Part shown: piece by piece, positions 1-9,966 of the stretch
How positions within the stretch are numbered: the stretch's first letter is position 1
How the letters are laid out: every line of letters begins with the position of its first letter
The notes under the pieces: generated by a model
Seen by the model: the letters and a program-made list of their open reading frames with translations, nothing else
Told to the model about the DNA's origin: nothing
Database searches by the model: none
Origin: Acidovorax sp.
Lineage (GTDB): Bacteria > Pseudomonadota > Gammaproteobacteria > Burkholderiales > Burkholderiaceae_C
DNA: 64,000 bases
Assembly (NCBI GenBank): GCA_041987645.1
Contig: JBHIWE010000001.1
Coordinates: 10,407 to 74,406, forward strand
Direction of reading: 5' to 3'
Program-made: the position numbers and the translations under genes

Positions 1-659
1 GCGCGCGCGTAGGCCAGCACCTCGGCGCGGTAGCGGAATACCGGGCCGTGGCCAGGAATGACCCAGCACGGGTCAAGCCGCTCGATCAGGTCGAAGGTGG
101 CGGCCACTTCGTCGAATGCGGCGTCGCCCTCAAGCTCCGGAAACACCACGCCGAAGCCTTTTTCCCACAAGGCATCTGCCGAGATCAGGGTTTGGGACTG
201 CGGCTCAAACAGAATGACTGAATGGGGATCGTGGCCCGGCGCCGCATGAATTTGCCACGCCTTGTCGGCCAGCTGAATTTCCGTGCCAGGTAAAAGAAGA
301 CCATCGAACTTGAACCGGGGGCAGTGTTGCCCGGATGGCACATAGTTCAGGGCGACGGGGTCCCATGACGAGACAAGTGATGCATGGCCTGGCGGAATGA
401 GGGTTTGAAGTTCTGGGTAATTGCCCTGGAGGACGGCATTGCCGCCGCAGTGGTCGCTGTGTAGATGCGTGTTGAGCAGCAAGTCCAGCGGACCCTGCTG
501 CAAAGCGGCGCTGACCAGCCCGGTCGTTAGTTCCGCGTGCGTGCTGTAGCCACTGTCAACGAGTGCGCTGGACTGTGCTCCGATGAACAAAATATTGTTC
601 GAGGACAGCCAGCCGCGCTCAAAAACCTGAATACCGTTCGGAAGTTGGATGCCGGTCAT
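1..659 (-). CDS. MBL-fold metallo-hydrolase (3' end runs off the window)
   Basis: Manual translation from ATG at 659: MTGIQLPNGIQVFERGWLSSNNILF...VDSGY...LLNTHLHSDHCGGN...APGHDPHS...IPGHG, with the HxHxDH metal motif. Missing from the ORF track because there is no stop in the window. Confidence 0.88.
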   Translation of the reverse strand, partial: MTGIQLPNGIQVFERGWLSSNNILFIGAQSSALVDSGYSTHAELTTGLVSAALQQGPLDLLLNTHLHSDHCGGNAVLQGNYPELQTLIPPGHASLVSSWDPVALNYVPSGQHCPRFKFDGLLLPGTEIQLADKAWQIHAAPGHDPHSVILFEPQSQTLISADALWEKGFGVVFPELEGDAAFDEVAATFDLIERLDPCWVIPGHGPVFRYRAEVLAYAR

Positions 660-741
660 GGGCCGTCTCGGGCACGTCATTTTGAGCAGTGGATAACACC
701 AGGTTTGCAAAGAGGGGCGCGCATGCTGGATTTGCTGCCGC

Positions 742-2745
742 TCATTCCGCGGCGCCCTCGGACTCAACCACGGCCACCACCAGGCCGCGCTCGACCATCT
801 GCCCGGGCTGCACCGACAGCGAGCGCACCACGCCATCGTGATCGGCGTTGATGCGCATCTCCATCTTCATCGACTCCATCGTCGCCACCACGTCGCCGGC
901 ACGTACCCGCACGCCAACCTCCACATGGGTCTTCAGGATCATTCCCATCATCGGCGTGCGCAACTGTCCGCTGGCCTGGCGGCCAGTGGCGACCTGGCTG
1001 AGGTAGGAGGTCACGCCGATGGCGTGGGCGGTGCCGCCGCTCTGCACAAACACGGTATCGTCGCTGCGCACGATGGTCAGTACCTCATGACAATCCCCTA
1101 TGCGCAAACGCCAATCGCTCCCGGCGCTGGCGGTCAGCGCCAGGCGAACCCGTTCGGTGCCGATTTGCACCGTTACTTCGGACTCGGGCGAGAGGGCGCC
1201 GAACCGGGCTTCGTGTGTTGTTCCTCCTGAGCGCAGCAACAGCGCCGGAACCGGCGTGAGCCGATCGTCGCCAGCGTGCATCTGCCAACCCGTCACGTCC
1301 AAGGCCGACCAGGCTCCGAATGGCTTGCTGCTGCGCCGCGCATCGAGCAACCACCAAGCCGCCGCTGCAGCCAGCCGCTCCAGCGGCGCGCTACCCGTGC
1401 CCTGACCCCCCTCTGCCAGCACCTCGTCAATCAGACGGGTGTGGAAGCTGGCGTCCCGCGTTGCAGGCAGGGCCAGCAGACGCTGCAGAAAAGCGCAATT
1501 GGTTTCGACGCCGTGCACCTGGGTTTCGCCCAGCGCCCCACTCAGACGGTCCAGCGCAGCCTCGCGCGTGGGCGCATGAACGATCAGCTTGGCCAGCATC
1601 GAGTCGTAGTAGGGCGTGACCACCATGCCGGCCCGCACCCCCGATTCAACCCGCACACCCGAAGTCGGGAACCGCACCGCGATCAGTTCGCCGGTGGATG
1701 GCAGGAAATTTTGCGCTGCGTCTTCAGCGCAGACTCGCGCCTCAATCGCGTGGCCGCGCACCTGCACTTCGCTCTGACGCAAGGGCAAGCCCTCGCCGGC
1801 GGCAATGCGCAACATGATCTCGACCACATCCAGCCCGGTCACCTCCTCGGTCACCGGATGCTCAACTTGCAGCCGCGGGTTGACTTCGAGAAAATGGTGA
1901 CGGTCGCCCTGCACGATGAATTCCACCGTGCCGACACCGCGATAGCGCAGTCGCTGCCCCAGGCGCACCGCGTCACCGAGCATCGCCTCGCGCAGCGCCG
2001 GGGCGAGATTCACCGCTGGCGCCTCTTCGATGACTTTCTGATGACGCCGCTGCAGCGTGCATTCGCGCTCGAACAGGTGAATCACTTCGCCATGGCCATC
2101 GCCAACGATCTGCACCTCGATGTGGCGCCCGCGCTCGACAAAGGCTTCGACGATCAACGCCGCGTCGCCAAAGGAACTTTTGGCTTCGCGCATGGCCGAC
2201 TCGATGGCCTCCATCAGCCCGTCCAATTGCTGCACCACCCGCATGCCCTTGCCGCCGCCACCGGCGGCCGCTTTCAGAATCACCGGCAGTGGCAGGCCGC
2301 GTACGGTGGCCGCCACTTCAGCCGCGTCGCGGCTGGGCAGCTCGCTGCCGCCGAGCACGGCCACGCCAGCGGCGCGGGCCTCGCGCTTGGCCGACGCCTT
2401 GTCGCCCAGGCGCTCAATGACCTCGGGCGTCGGGCCGACGAAGACGAGGCCGGCTGCCTCGACCGTGCGCGCGAAGACCGCGTTTTCGGCCAGAAAGCCA
2501 AAACCAGGATGAATGGCCTGCGACCCGGTCCGCCGGGCCGCATCGATCACCGCATCGATGCGCAGGTAGCTCTCGGCTGGCGTTGCCCCACCGATTTCGA
2601 TCGACTCGCCGATCAGGTCAACGTGCAGCGCATCGCGATCAGCACTCGAATGCACACCGGCCACTGCAATACCGAGGCGTCGGCAGGTGTGTGCAATGCG
2701 GCAGGCGATTTCGCCGCGGTTGGCGATCAGGATTTTTTTGAACAT
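742..2745 (-). CDS. Acyl-CoA carboxylase alpha subunit (biotin carboxylase fused to biotin carrier; MCC/GCC alpha-like)
   Basis: MFKKILIANRGEIA, HPGFGFLAEN, GGGGKGMR, EVNPRLQVEHPVTE, C-terminal ESMKME biotinylation motif. Start moved to ATG 2745, next to the upstream stop. Confidence 0.92.
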   Translation of the reverse strand: MFKKILIANRGEIACRIAHTCRRLGIAVAGVHSSADRDALHVDLIGESIEIGGATPAESYLRIDAVIDAARRTGSQAIHPGFGFLAENAVFARTVEAAGLVFVGPTPEVIERLGDKASAKREARAAGVAVLGGSELPSRDAAEVAATVRGLPLPVILKAAAGGGGKGMRVVQQLDGLMEAIESAMREAKSSFGDAALIVEAFVERGRHIEVQIVGDGHGEVIHLFERECTLQRRHQKVIEEAPAVNLAPALREAMLGDAVRLGQRLRYRGVGTVEFIVQGDRHHFLEVNPRLQVEHPVTEEVTGLDVVEIMLRIAAGEGLPLRQSEVQVRGHAIEARVCAEDAAQNFLPSTGELIAVRFPTSGVRVESGVRAGMVVTPYYDSMLAKLIVHAPTREAALDRLSGALGETQVHGVETNCAFLQRLLALPATRDASFHTRLIDEVLAEGGQGTGSAPLERLAAAAAWWLLDARRSSKPFGAWSALDVTGWQMHAGDDRLTPVPALLLRSGGTTHEARFGALSPESEVTVQIGTERVRLALTASAGSDWRLRIGDCHEVLTIVRSDDTVFVQSGGTAHAIGVTSYLSQVATGRQASGQLRTPMMGMILKTHVEVGVRVRAGDVVATMESMKMEMRINADHDGVVRSLSVQPGQMVERGLVVAVVESEGAAE

Positions 2746-2746
2746 G

Positions 2747-3556
2747 TCAGAGTCCGCTCCAGCGCGGTGGGCGCTTTTCATTGAAGGCCTTCACGCCCTC
2801 CAGCCTGTCGGCCGAGGACACCAGCACGTTGTAGGCGGCGATGTCGAGCATGTAGCCGCTGTGGAAGTCAATCTCGCCGCCGCGCGAGGCGGCGAGTTTG
2901 GCGTAGTGGGTGGCCATCGGTGCGGCCAGCACGATGTCGCGCGCGTCGGCGACTGCGGCGGCCAGCGCCGTACCCGGCTCGGCCAGGTCGGTGACCATGC
3001 CCCATTCGGCGGCTTCTTCGGCCGAGAAGCGGCGCGCGGTGAACAGCAACTTCTTGGCGCGCCGCGCACCGATGGCGCGCACGAGGTTCTGGATACCCCC
3101 GCCGCCGGGCATGATGCCGCGCCGCAGCTCGGGCAGCGAAAATACCGCAGCGCGCGAAGCGACGATGTAGTCACACATCAACGCCAGTTCGCAGCCGCCG
3201 CCATGTGCGTGGCCTTCGACGGCGGCGATCACCGGTTGCGGGAAATCCTTGACCGCCAGCAACACCTCTTCGGCGAGCTGGTGTTGGCGCCGCCATTGAC
3301 CGTCGGTCATGCCGTCGCGCTGCTTGAGGTCGCCGCCGGCCGAGAAAGCTCGTTCACCGGCGCCGGTGATGATCAGCACACGCAGGCCGTCGTCGAAGGC
3401 CAGTTCGTGCAGGGCGTTGCGCAGGTCGACGAACATCTGCGTGTTCATCGCGTTCATCACCTCGGGGCGGTTGAGCACCAGGCAGCGGATGCCGTCCTCC
3501 GTTGCGGTGCCCGGCGCGGGGTGGATCAGCAGGGTTTCGTGGTGCATCTGGGCCAT
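2747..3556 (-). CDS. Enoyl-CoA hydratase/isomerase
   Basis: [25 protein letters not shown] and FSLPE (both catalytic Glu present). TGATG overlap with the upstream ACAD. Confidence 0.9.
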   Translation of the reverse strand: MAQMHHETLLIHPAPGTATEDGIRCLVLNRPEVMNAMNTQMFVDLRNALHELAFDDGLRVLIITGAGERAFSAGGDLKQRDGMTDGQWRRQHQLAEEVLLAVKDFPQPVIAAVEGHAHGGGCELALMCDYIVASRAAVFSLPELRRGIMPGGGGIQNLVRAIGARRAKKLLFTARRFSAEEAAEWGMVTDLAEPGTALAAAVADARDIVLAAPMATHYAKLAASRGGEIDFHSGYMLDIAAYNVLVSSADRLEGVKAFNEKRPPRWSGL

Positions 3557-4716
3557 CAGTAAGAGCGGGGCATACCCAGCAGATGCTCGGCCACCTGCGC
3601 CAGCACCAGGTTGTTGGAGATCGGCGCGGTGCGGAACAGCCGGCTCTCTTTCCATTTGCGCTCGATGTCGTACTCGCAGGCCACGCCATAGCCGCCGAAG
3701 GTGGTCATGGCCGCCTCGGCTGCCTCCCAGGCGGCTTCGCTGGCCAGGTACTTGACCATGGTCGCCTCGCGCCCGCAGGGCAGGCCGGCGTCGAACAGCG
3801 TCGCGGCTTTGTTGCGCATCAGTTCGGCGGCCTCGATGTTCATGTGGGCGCGCGCGATCGGAAACTGCACGCCCTGGTTGGCGCCGATCGGGCGGTCGAA
3901 GACGACACGCTCGCTGCCGTAGCGCGCGGCCTTGCCGACGAACCAGTGGCCGTCGCCGATGGCCTCGCTGGCCACCAGCAGCCGCTCGGAATGCAGCGAA
4001 TCCAGCAGGTAGTAAAAGCCCTTGCCTTCCTCGCCGATGCGGTCGTCGTCGCTCAGTTCGAGGTTGTCGATGAAGACCTGGAAGGTGTGGTGATTGATCA
4101 TCGTGCGGATCGGCGTGGCCTTGAGCGACGCGCCCGCCTTCTTGATGTCGATCAGGAACAGGCTCAGGCCATCGGTCTTCTTCTTCACCGCGTCGATCGG
4201 CGTGGTGCGCGCGATCAGCAGATACATGTGCGAGTGGCTGTAGCGCGAGGTCCAGATCTTCTGGCCGTTGACGACGTAGCCGCCCGGCACCTTGCGCGCG
4301 AAGGTCTTGATCGCCAGCGTGTTGGAGCCAGCGTCGGGCTCGGTCACGCCGAAGGCCTGCAGCCGCAGGCTGCCGTCAGCGATGCGCGGCAGCGTGCGGC
4401 GCTTCTGTGCCTCGGAGCCGTGGCGCATGATTGACGCCATCGTGTACATCTGCGCATGGCAGTGCACCGCGCTGCCGCCGTTCTGGTTGATCTCCTGCAG
4501 GATCAGGCAGGCGTCGAGCAGCGGCAACCCGGCACCGCCGTATTCCTCGGGAATCAGCGCAGCCAGCCAGCCGGCCTTGGCCATCGCGTCGACGAAGGCT
4601 TCCGGATAGGCGCCGTCCTGCGCGCACTGGCGCCAGTATTCGGGGCCGAAGCCCTTGCACAACTCCTTGACGGCGGCGCGGATCTGGCCCTGGGTCTCGG
4701 TGTAGTCGAAGTTCAT
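3556..4716 (-). CDS. Acyl-CoA dehydrogenase
   Basis: GVTEPDAGS, NGQKIWTS, FGGYG, C-terminus LGMPRSY. Start taken at ATG 4716 (MNFDY). Confidence 0.92.
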   Translation of the reverse strand: MNFDYTETQGQIRAAVKELCKGFGPEYWRQCAQDGAYPEAFVDAMAKAGWLAALIPEEYGGAGLPLLDACLILQEINQNGGSAVHCHAQMYTMASIMRHGSEAQKRRTLPRIADGSLRLQAFGVTEPDAGSNTLAIKTFARKVPGGYVVNGQKIWTSRYSHSHMYLLIARTTPIDAVKKKTDGLSLFLIDIKKAGASLKATPIRTMINHHTFQVFIDNLELSDDDRIGEEGKGFYYLLDSLHSERLLVASEAIGDGHWFVGKAARYGSERVVFDRPIGANQGVQFPIARAHMNIEAAELMRNKAATLFDAGLPCGREATMVKYLASEAAWEAAEAAMTTFGGYGVACEYDIERKWKESRLFRTAPISNNLVLAQVAEHLLGMPRSY

Positions 4717-4736
4717 GGGGATGTCGGCCTTGTCAT

Positions 4737-5930
4737 TCAATCGACGACGCGTTGCTGTCGCAGCGCCGCCAGTTCATCGGCATGCAGGCCCAGTGCCGTC
4801 AACACCTCGTCGGTGTTCCCGCCCAGCACTGGCGGCGGCGGGCCGCTGCGCCCGCGACGGCCCTGCGAACTGATGGGCAGGCCCATCGTCTGGTGTTGCG
4901 GTGCGCCCGGCAGCGGCAGCGCGCCCAGCATGCCAATCGCTTGCACCTGTTCGTGCGCCAGCATCTGGGCCACGTCGTGCATCTCGCTGCAGGGCGCACC
5001 GGCCGCGCGCAGCGCCGCCACGCAGTCGGCGGTGCTGCGCTGCCGGGTGCGCGCTTCCAGCGCGTCGTGCAGCGCCTCGCGGTGGCCGATGCGCGCCGAC
5101 ATGTCGATGAAGCGCGGGTCCTGCGCCAGCTCTGGGCAAGCCAGCGCGCTGCAGATGCGGCCGAACAGCCGGTCGTTGGCCGCGGCGATGAAGACCTTGC
5201 CGTCGGCACTGTCGAAGAGCTCGTAGGGCGCCATCATCGCCATGGCCGAACCCATCTTGCGCGGTAGGCGCTGGGTGGCCAGGTAGTTCGCCACCGGCAC
5301 CGTCATCCACGACAGCCCGGGCTCGAGCAGGCTGGCGTGCACGCGCATGCCTTCGCCCGTGGTGGCGCGGCGCAGCAGCGCGGCCAGGATGGCCATCGTG
5401 GCCCACATGCCGGTGCCCATGTCGATGAGCGACACGCCGACGCGCGCCGGCTCGTCACCTTCGTGGCCGCTGACGCTCATGATGCCGGTGAAGGCCTGCA
5501 TCAGCGGGTCGTAGCCGGGCAGCGCGCGCATCGGGCCGACCTCGCCGAAGGCGCTGATCGCGCAGTACACGAGGCGAGGATTGGTCGGTCGCAGGTGTTC
5601 GTCGCCGAGGCCGCGCGCTTCGGCGCTGCCGGGCTTGAGCGAATGCACCAGCACGTCGGTACCGGCCGCCAGGCGCGCAACCAGCTGCTGGCCGGCCGCG
5701 CTGTCGAGGTCGATGCAGACGCTCTTCTTGTTGCGGTTCAGCGCCGCGAAGCCGGTCGAGACGCCGGCCACTTCGGGCGGTTTCCACTGTCGCGCATCGT
5801 CGCCGCTGCCGGGTCGTTCGATCTTGATAACCTCGGCGCCGAGGTCGCCGAGGGTCTGGGTACAAAACGGGCCGGCCACGTTTTGGGTCAGGTCGAGCAC
5901 GCGGCAACCGGAGAGAATGGCGTCGAGCAT
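4737..5930 (-). CDS. Family III CoA-transferase (CaiB/BaiF)
   Basis: VLDLTQNVAGPFC, DLGAEVIKIERP, NRNKKSV, PGYD. Confidence 0.92.
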   Translation of the reverse strand: MLDAILSGCRVLDLTQNVAGPFCTQTLGDLGAEVIKIERPGSGDDARQWKPPEVAGVSTGFAALNRNKKSVCIDLDSAAGQQLVARLAAGTDVLVHSLKPGSAEARGLGDEHLRPTNPRLVYCAISAFGEVGPMRALPGYDPLMQAFTGIMSVSGHEGDEPARVGVSLIDMGTGMWATMAILAALLRRATTGEGMRVHASLLEPGLSWMTVPVANYLATQRLPRKMGSAMAMMAPYELFDSADGKVFIAAANDRLFGRICSALACPELAQDPRFIDMSARIGHREALHDALEARTRQRSTADCVAALRAAGAPCSEMHDVAQMLAHEQVQAIGMLGALPLPGAPQHQTMGLPISSQGRRGRSGPPPPVLGGNTDEVLTALGLHADELAALRQQRVVD

Positions 5931-5953
5931 GTTCAATTCGGTGGGCCAAAGGA

Positions 5954-7561
5954 TTACATGCGGAACACGCCGAAGTGCGTGTCGCGCGCCGGCACGCGGC
6001 CCGCCAGCTCCAGCAGCAAAGCCATGGTGTCGCGTGTTTCCAGCGGGTCAATCACCATGTCGCACCACAGGTTGGAGGCGTAGTTGTAGGGACTGGAAAA
6101 GCTCTCGAACTGCTCGCGTATCGGTTGCTTGAATTGCTCGCGTTCTTCGTCGCTCCAGCTAGTGCCCTCGCGCCGGTGGATGTTCTCGCGCACCAGGCCC
6201 AGGGTGGTGGCGGCCTGCTCTGGGCCCATCAGCGCGGCGCGGCCGGTAGGCCACATCATCATCACGTTGGGCTTGAACGGGCGCCCGCACATCGCCAGGT
6301 AGGCCGCCGCGTACGAGCCTCCGGTGATCAGCGTGTAGCGCGGCACGTTGGCCGAGGCCATGGCCGTCATGAACTTGGCGCCGTGCTTGGCAATGCCCTG
6401 CTGCTCCACGGCTTTGCCGACCATGAAGCCCGACACATCGGCCATGAACAGCAGCGGAATGTCGCGCTGGCAGCACAACTCAATGAAGTGCGCGCCCTTG
6501 AGCGCGCTCTCGGAGAAGATCACGCCGTTGTTGGCTAGAATGCCGATCTGAAAGCCCTTGATGCGAGCAAAGCCGCAGATCATGGTGTCGCCGTACAGGG
6601 GTTTGAACTCCTGCAGGTCACTGTCGTCGATCAACCGCAGCAGCACTTCGCGGTTGTCGGTCGGATGCCGGTTGTCGGCGCTGACAATGCCGTAGATCTC
6701 GCGCGGGTCATGGCGCGGCGGCAGCGGCGGCACCACGTCCCAGCGCTGCTTGGCTGCGGTACCGAGGTTGGCCACGATGCCGCGCACGATGGCGATGGCA
6801 TGGCCATCGTTCTCGGCCAGGTGGTCAGTGACGCCGCTGATGCGGCTGTGCATCTCGCCGCCGCCCAGGGTTTCAATGTCAACCTCTTCCTTGGTGGCGG
6901 CGTACACCAGCTCGGGCCCGGCGAGGAACATCGCACCCTGGTTGCGCACGATCACCGCTTCGTCGCACAGCGCCGGGAGATAGGCGCCGCCAGCGGTAGA
7001 CGGCCCGTGCACGGTCGCGATCTGGGTGATGCCCTCGGCCGACATGCGGATCTGGTTGTAGAAAATGGAGCCGAACTGGCCGTCGTCGGGGAAAATATGC
7101 GCCTGCTCCGGCAGGTTGGCGCCGCCCGACTGGACCATGGTGATGCACGGCAGCCGGTGCTGCCAGGCGAACATCTGGGCCCGCACATGCTTTTTAGCGG
7201 TGATGCCGTAGTAGGTGCCGCCCTTGACCGTGGCATCGTGGATCATCAGCATGCAGGCGCGCCCGCACACCAGCCCCACGCCGGTGATGATGCTGCCGCC
7301 CGGCGGCACGCCCTCGTACAGGCCGTCGCCGGCAAGCTGCCCGAACTCGAGGAAGGGCGAGCCGGGGTCGAGTACGGCAGCCAGGCGCTCGCGCGGCAGC
7401 AATTGCTTGCGCTTCTTGTGCAGCAGGCGCGCCTTTTCGGGGCCGCCGACCAGGGCACGCGTGCGGCGTTTATGCAGATCAACAATGCGCGCCTCGTAGG
7501 CTTCACGGTTGCGCTGGAACTCGGGCGAGTTCGGCGCGGCGGTGGATGTCATCAAGCTCAT
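5954..7561 (-). CDS. Acyl-CoA carboxylase beta subunit (carboxyltransferase, MccB/LiuB/AtuC family)
   Basis: LLPRERL..LDPGSPFLE, DATVKGGTY, TAGGAY, LGGGEMH..ISGV, ends FGVFRM. Confidence 0.92.
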   Translation of the reverse strand: MSLMTSTAAPNSPEFQRNREAYEARIVDLHKRRTRALVGGPEKARLLHKKRKQLLPRERLAAVLDPGSPFLEFGQLAGDGLYEGVPPGGSIITGVGLVCGRACMLMIHDATVKGGTYYGITAKKHVRAQMFAWQHRLPCITMVQSGGANLPEQAHIFPDDGQFGSIFYNQIRMSAEGITQIATVHGPSTAGGAYLPALCDEAVIVRNQGAMFLAGPELVYAATKEEVDIETLGGGEMHSRISGVTDHLAENDGHAIAIVRGIVANLGTAAKQRWDVVPPLPPRHDPREIYGIVSADNRHPTDNREVLLRLIDDSDLQEFKPLYGDTMICGFARIKGFQIGILANNGVIFSESALKGAHFIELCCQRDIPLLFMADVSGFMVGKAVEQQGIAKHGAKFMTAMASANVPRYTLITGGSYAAAYLAMCGRPFKPNVMMMWPTGRAALMGPEQAATTLGLVRENIHRREGTSWSDEEREQFKQPIREQFESFSSPYNYASNLWCDMVIDPLETRDTMALLLELAGRVPARDTHFGVFRM

Positions 7562-7607
7562 TTTGGCAGCCCCTAAAGTGGCTCAGTGTGGGTCGGTCAT
7601 CAGGCGA

Positions 7608-8747
7608 TCAGGCCTCCGCACGCAGAGCCGCAAAGCGCTGCAGGTGGTGGTCGGTGCTGCCCAACAGGTTGCAAAAGAGCGTGAGGCGGCGAAAGTAATG
7701 GCCGATGTCCAGCTCATCGGTCATGCCCACGCCGCCGTGCAGCTGCACCGCTTGCTGCGCCACATACCGTGCGCGTTCGCCGATGGCCGACTTGGCCGCC
7801 GACACGGCACGCGAGCGGGTGGCCGCATCAGCATGATCGGCATGCAGGGCCGCCATCAGCACCAGGGAGCGGCTGGCCTCGACCGCGGCGAACATGTCGA
7901 CCAGCCGGTGCTGGATGACCTGGAAGCTGGCAATCGGCACGTCAAATTGTTTGCGCGTGCTGACGTATTCGCCAGTTTTGCGCAACAGCGCGCCCATGGC
8001 ACCCAGGGCGTCGGCGCAGGCGGCAACAATGCCAAGATCAACCAGGTGCTCAAGCAGCCCCAGGCCCTCGCCTTCCGTGCCCAGCAGTGCGTCGGCCCCG
8101 AGCACGACCTGTTCCAGTATCAGATCACCGGCGCGACTGCCGTCGTAGGACCGGTAGCCCGCCACCTGCACGCCCGGCGTTTTGGCACTCACTAGAAACA
8201 GGCTGATGCCCTGGCGCTCGTCCGCTGCGCCCGAGGTTCTGGCGACGACCACGAAGCCATCGGCCCAAGGGGCGCCCAGCACGCCGCTCTTGCGACCCGA
8301 CAGCAGCCAGCCACCGTCCTTGGCCGTGGCACGCGTGATCACATAGCTGAGTTCATGACGGGCATCGGCCTCGCCGTGCGCCAATGCGAGTATCCGCTGG
8401 CCGGACGCGAGCCCGGGCAGCCAGGCCGCCTGCTGCGCAGCACTGCCCGCGCGCGTCAGCGCCTGCGCGCCCAGCACCGTGCTGGCCAGGTAGGGCTCGA
8501 CCACCAGCGCAGCCCCCATCGCCTCGGCGATCTGGATCAACTCGACCACGCCGCCAAAGCCGCCATGCGCCTCGGGCAGCCCGAGCCCAAGCCAGCCGAA
8601 TTCGCCGAATCGCTGCCAGTGCTCCCGGCTCATGCCGGACGCTGACGCAACGATCTGGTTGCGGGCATCGAAACGGTATTCGGTGCGCAGAAATTTCTGT
8701 GCCGCGTCGCGCAGCATCTTTTGTTCTTCGGAGAGATCAAAGTTCAT
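7608..8747 (-). CDS. Acyl-CoA dehydrogenase, PimD-like subunit of a heteromeric ACAD
   Basis: RKQFDVPIASFQVIQHRL, QLHGGVGMTDE; lacks the canonical TEPxAGSD; adjacent to a PimC-like gene. Confidence 0.88.
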   Translation of the reverse strand: MNFDLSEEQKMLRDAAQKFLRTEYRFDARNQIVASASGMSREHWQRFGEFGWLGLGLPEAHGGFGGVVELIQIAEAMGAALVVEPYLASTVLGAQALTRAGSAAQQAAWLPGLASGQRILALAHGEADARHELSYVITRATAKDGGWLLSGRKSGVLGAPWADGFVVVARTSGAADERQGISLFLVSAKTPGVQVAGYRSYDGSRAGDLILEQVVLGADALLGTEGEGLGLLEHLVDLGIVAACADALGAMGALLRKTGEYVSTRKQFDVPIASFQVIQHRLVDMFAAVEASRSLVLMAALHADHADAATRSRAVSAAKSAIGERARYVAQQAVQLHGGVGMTDELDIGHYFRRLTLFCNLLGSTDHHLQRFAALRAEA

Positions 8748-8755
8748 GACGATCC

Positions 8756-9937
8756 TTAGCGCGTGCCGCCGGCCAGCAGCATCTTGGCCAATACATTCTT
8801 TTGCACCTCGTCGCTGCCGCCGTAAATCGTGGCAGCGCGCGAGAAACAGTAGTGCGGCATTGCATGGGCATGGCGTCCGCTGCCAAACTCGCCGCCGTCA
8901 TGCCAGGGCCAGGCTTGCTCGGCGGCGATCTCGACGCCCAACTCGGCCAAGGTCTGTTGCACCGCAGTGCCCATGGTCTTGAGCAGCGAGGATTCCGGCC
9001 CCGGCGCCTTGCCCGAGGCGGTGGCGGCCAGCACGCGGAAGTTGGTGTATTCGAGCGCCATCAGTTCGATCTCGGCGCGCGCCAGCTTGAGCCGCATCGC
9101 CGCGTCCTCCATCAGCGGTTGGCCACCCGAGCGGCGCTCGGCGGCGGCCACGCGCAGGTTGGACATGTGCGCCTTGCAGTCGGCCACGCCGGCAATGCTG
9201 GTGCGCTCGTGTGTGAGCAGGTACTTGGCAATGTCCCAGCCCTGACCTTCGCGACCCACCAGATTACTCTTGGGCACGCGCACATCGGTCAGAAAAACCT
9301 GGTTCAGGTGGTGTTCGCCGTCGATCGATACAATAGGTTTGACATCGATGCCGGGGCGGTCCATCTCGATCAACAGGAAGGAAATGCCCTCTTGCTTTTT
9401 GCCGCTGTTGGCGGTGCGCACCAGGCAGAACATGTGCGTGGCCCAGTGCGCGTAGGTGGTCCAGATCTTGGAGCCGTTGATGACGTAATCATCGCCATCG
9501 GCCACGGCCGTGGTCTTCAGGCTGGCCAGGTCGGAGCCGGCGCCGGGCTCGGAATAGCCCTGGCACCACCAGTCCTCGCAGCGGCGGATGCGCGGCAGGT
9601 ACTGCGCCTTTTGCTCTGGCGTGCCGAAGGCAATCAGCACCGGTCCGAGCATGATGACGCCCATCGACAGCCCCACCGGCGCGCTGGCCGCCGCGCGCTC
9701 CAGGTCGAAAATGTAGCGCTGCGTCGGCGTCCAGCCCGGCCCTCCATGCTCCTTGGGCCAGCCGGTGACCAGCCAGCCCTGGCCATCGAGTCGGCGCTGC
9801 CATTGAACGATGTCGTTCTTCTGCAGCATCTCTCCGGTGACGGCCTTGCGCTTGAGATCGGACGGTGTGTGGGCTTTGAACCAGGTGCGAACCTCTTGCT
9901 GGAACGCCATGTCTTCCGGGCTGAAATCGATGTCCAT
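8756..9937 (-). CDS. Acyl-CoA dehydrogenase, PimC-like subunit
   Basis: WCQGYSEPGAGSDLASLKT, TIYGGSDEVQKN. Start moved to ATG 9937 (MDIDFSPED). Confidence 0.9.
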   Translation of the reverse strand: MDIDFSPEDMAFQQEVRTWFKAHTPSDLKRKAVTGEMLQKNDIVQWQRRLDGQGWLVTGWPKEHGGPGWTPTQRYIFDLERAAASAPVGLSMGVIMLGPVLIAFGTPEQKAQYLPRIRRCEDWWCQGYSEPGAGSDLASLKTTAVADGDDYVINGSKIWTTYAHWATHMFCLVRTANSGKKQEGISFLLIEMDRPGIDVKPIVSIDGEHHLNQVFLTDVRVPKSNLVGREGQGWDIAKYLLTHERTSIAGVADCKAHMSNLRVAAAERRSGGQPLMEDAAMRLKLARAEIELMALEYTNFRVLAATASGKAPGPESSLLKTMGTAVQQTLAELGVEIAAEQAWPWHDGGEFGSGRHAHAMPHYCFSRAATIYGGSDEVQKNVLAKMLLAGGTR

Positions 9938-9966
9938 CGTGGGCCTTTCTGCGTTCGGCTTGCGCT

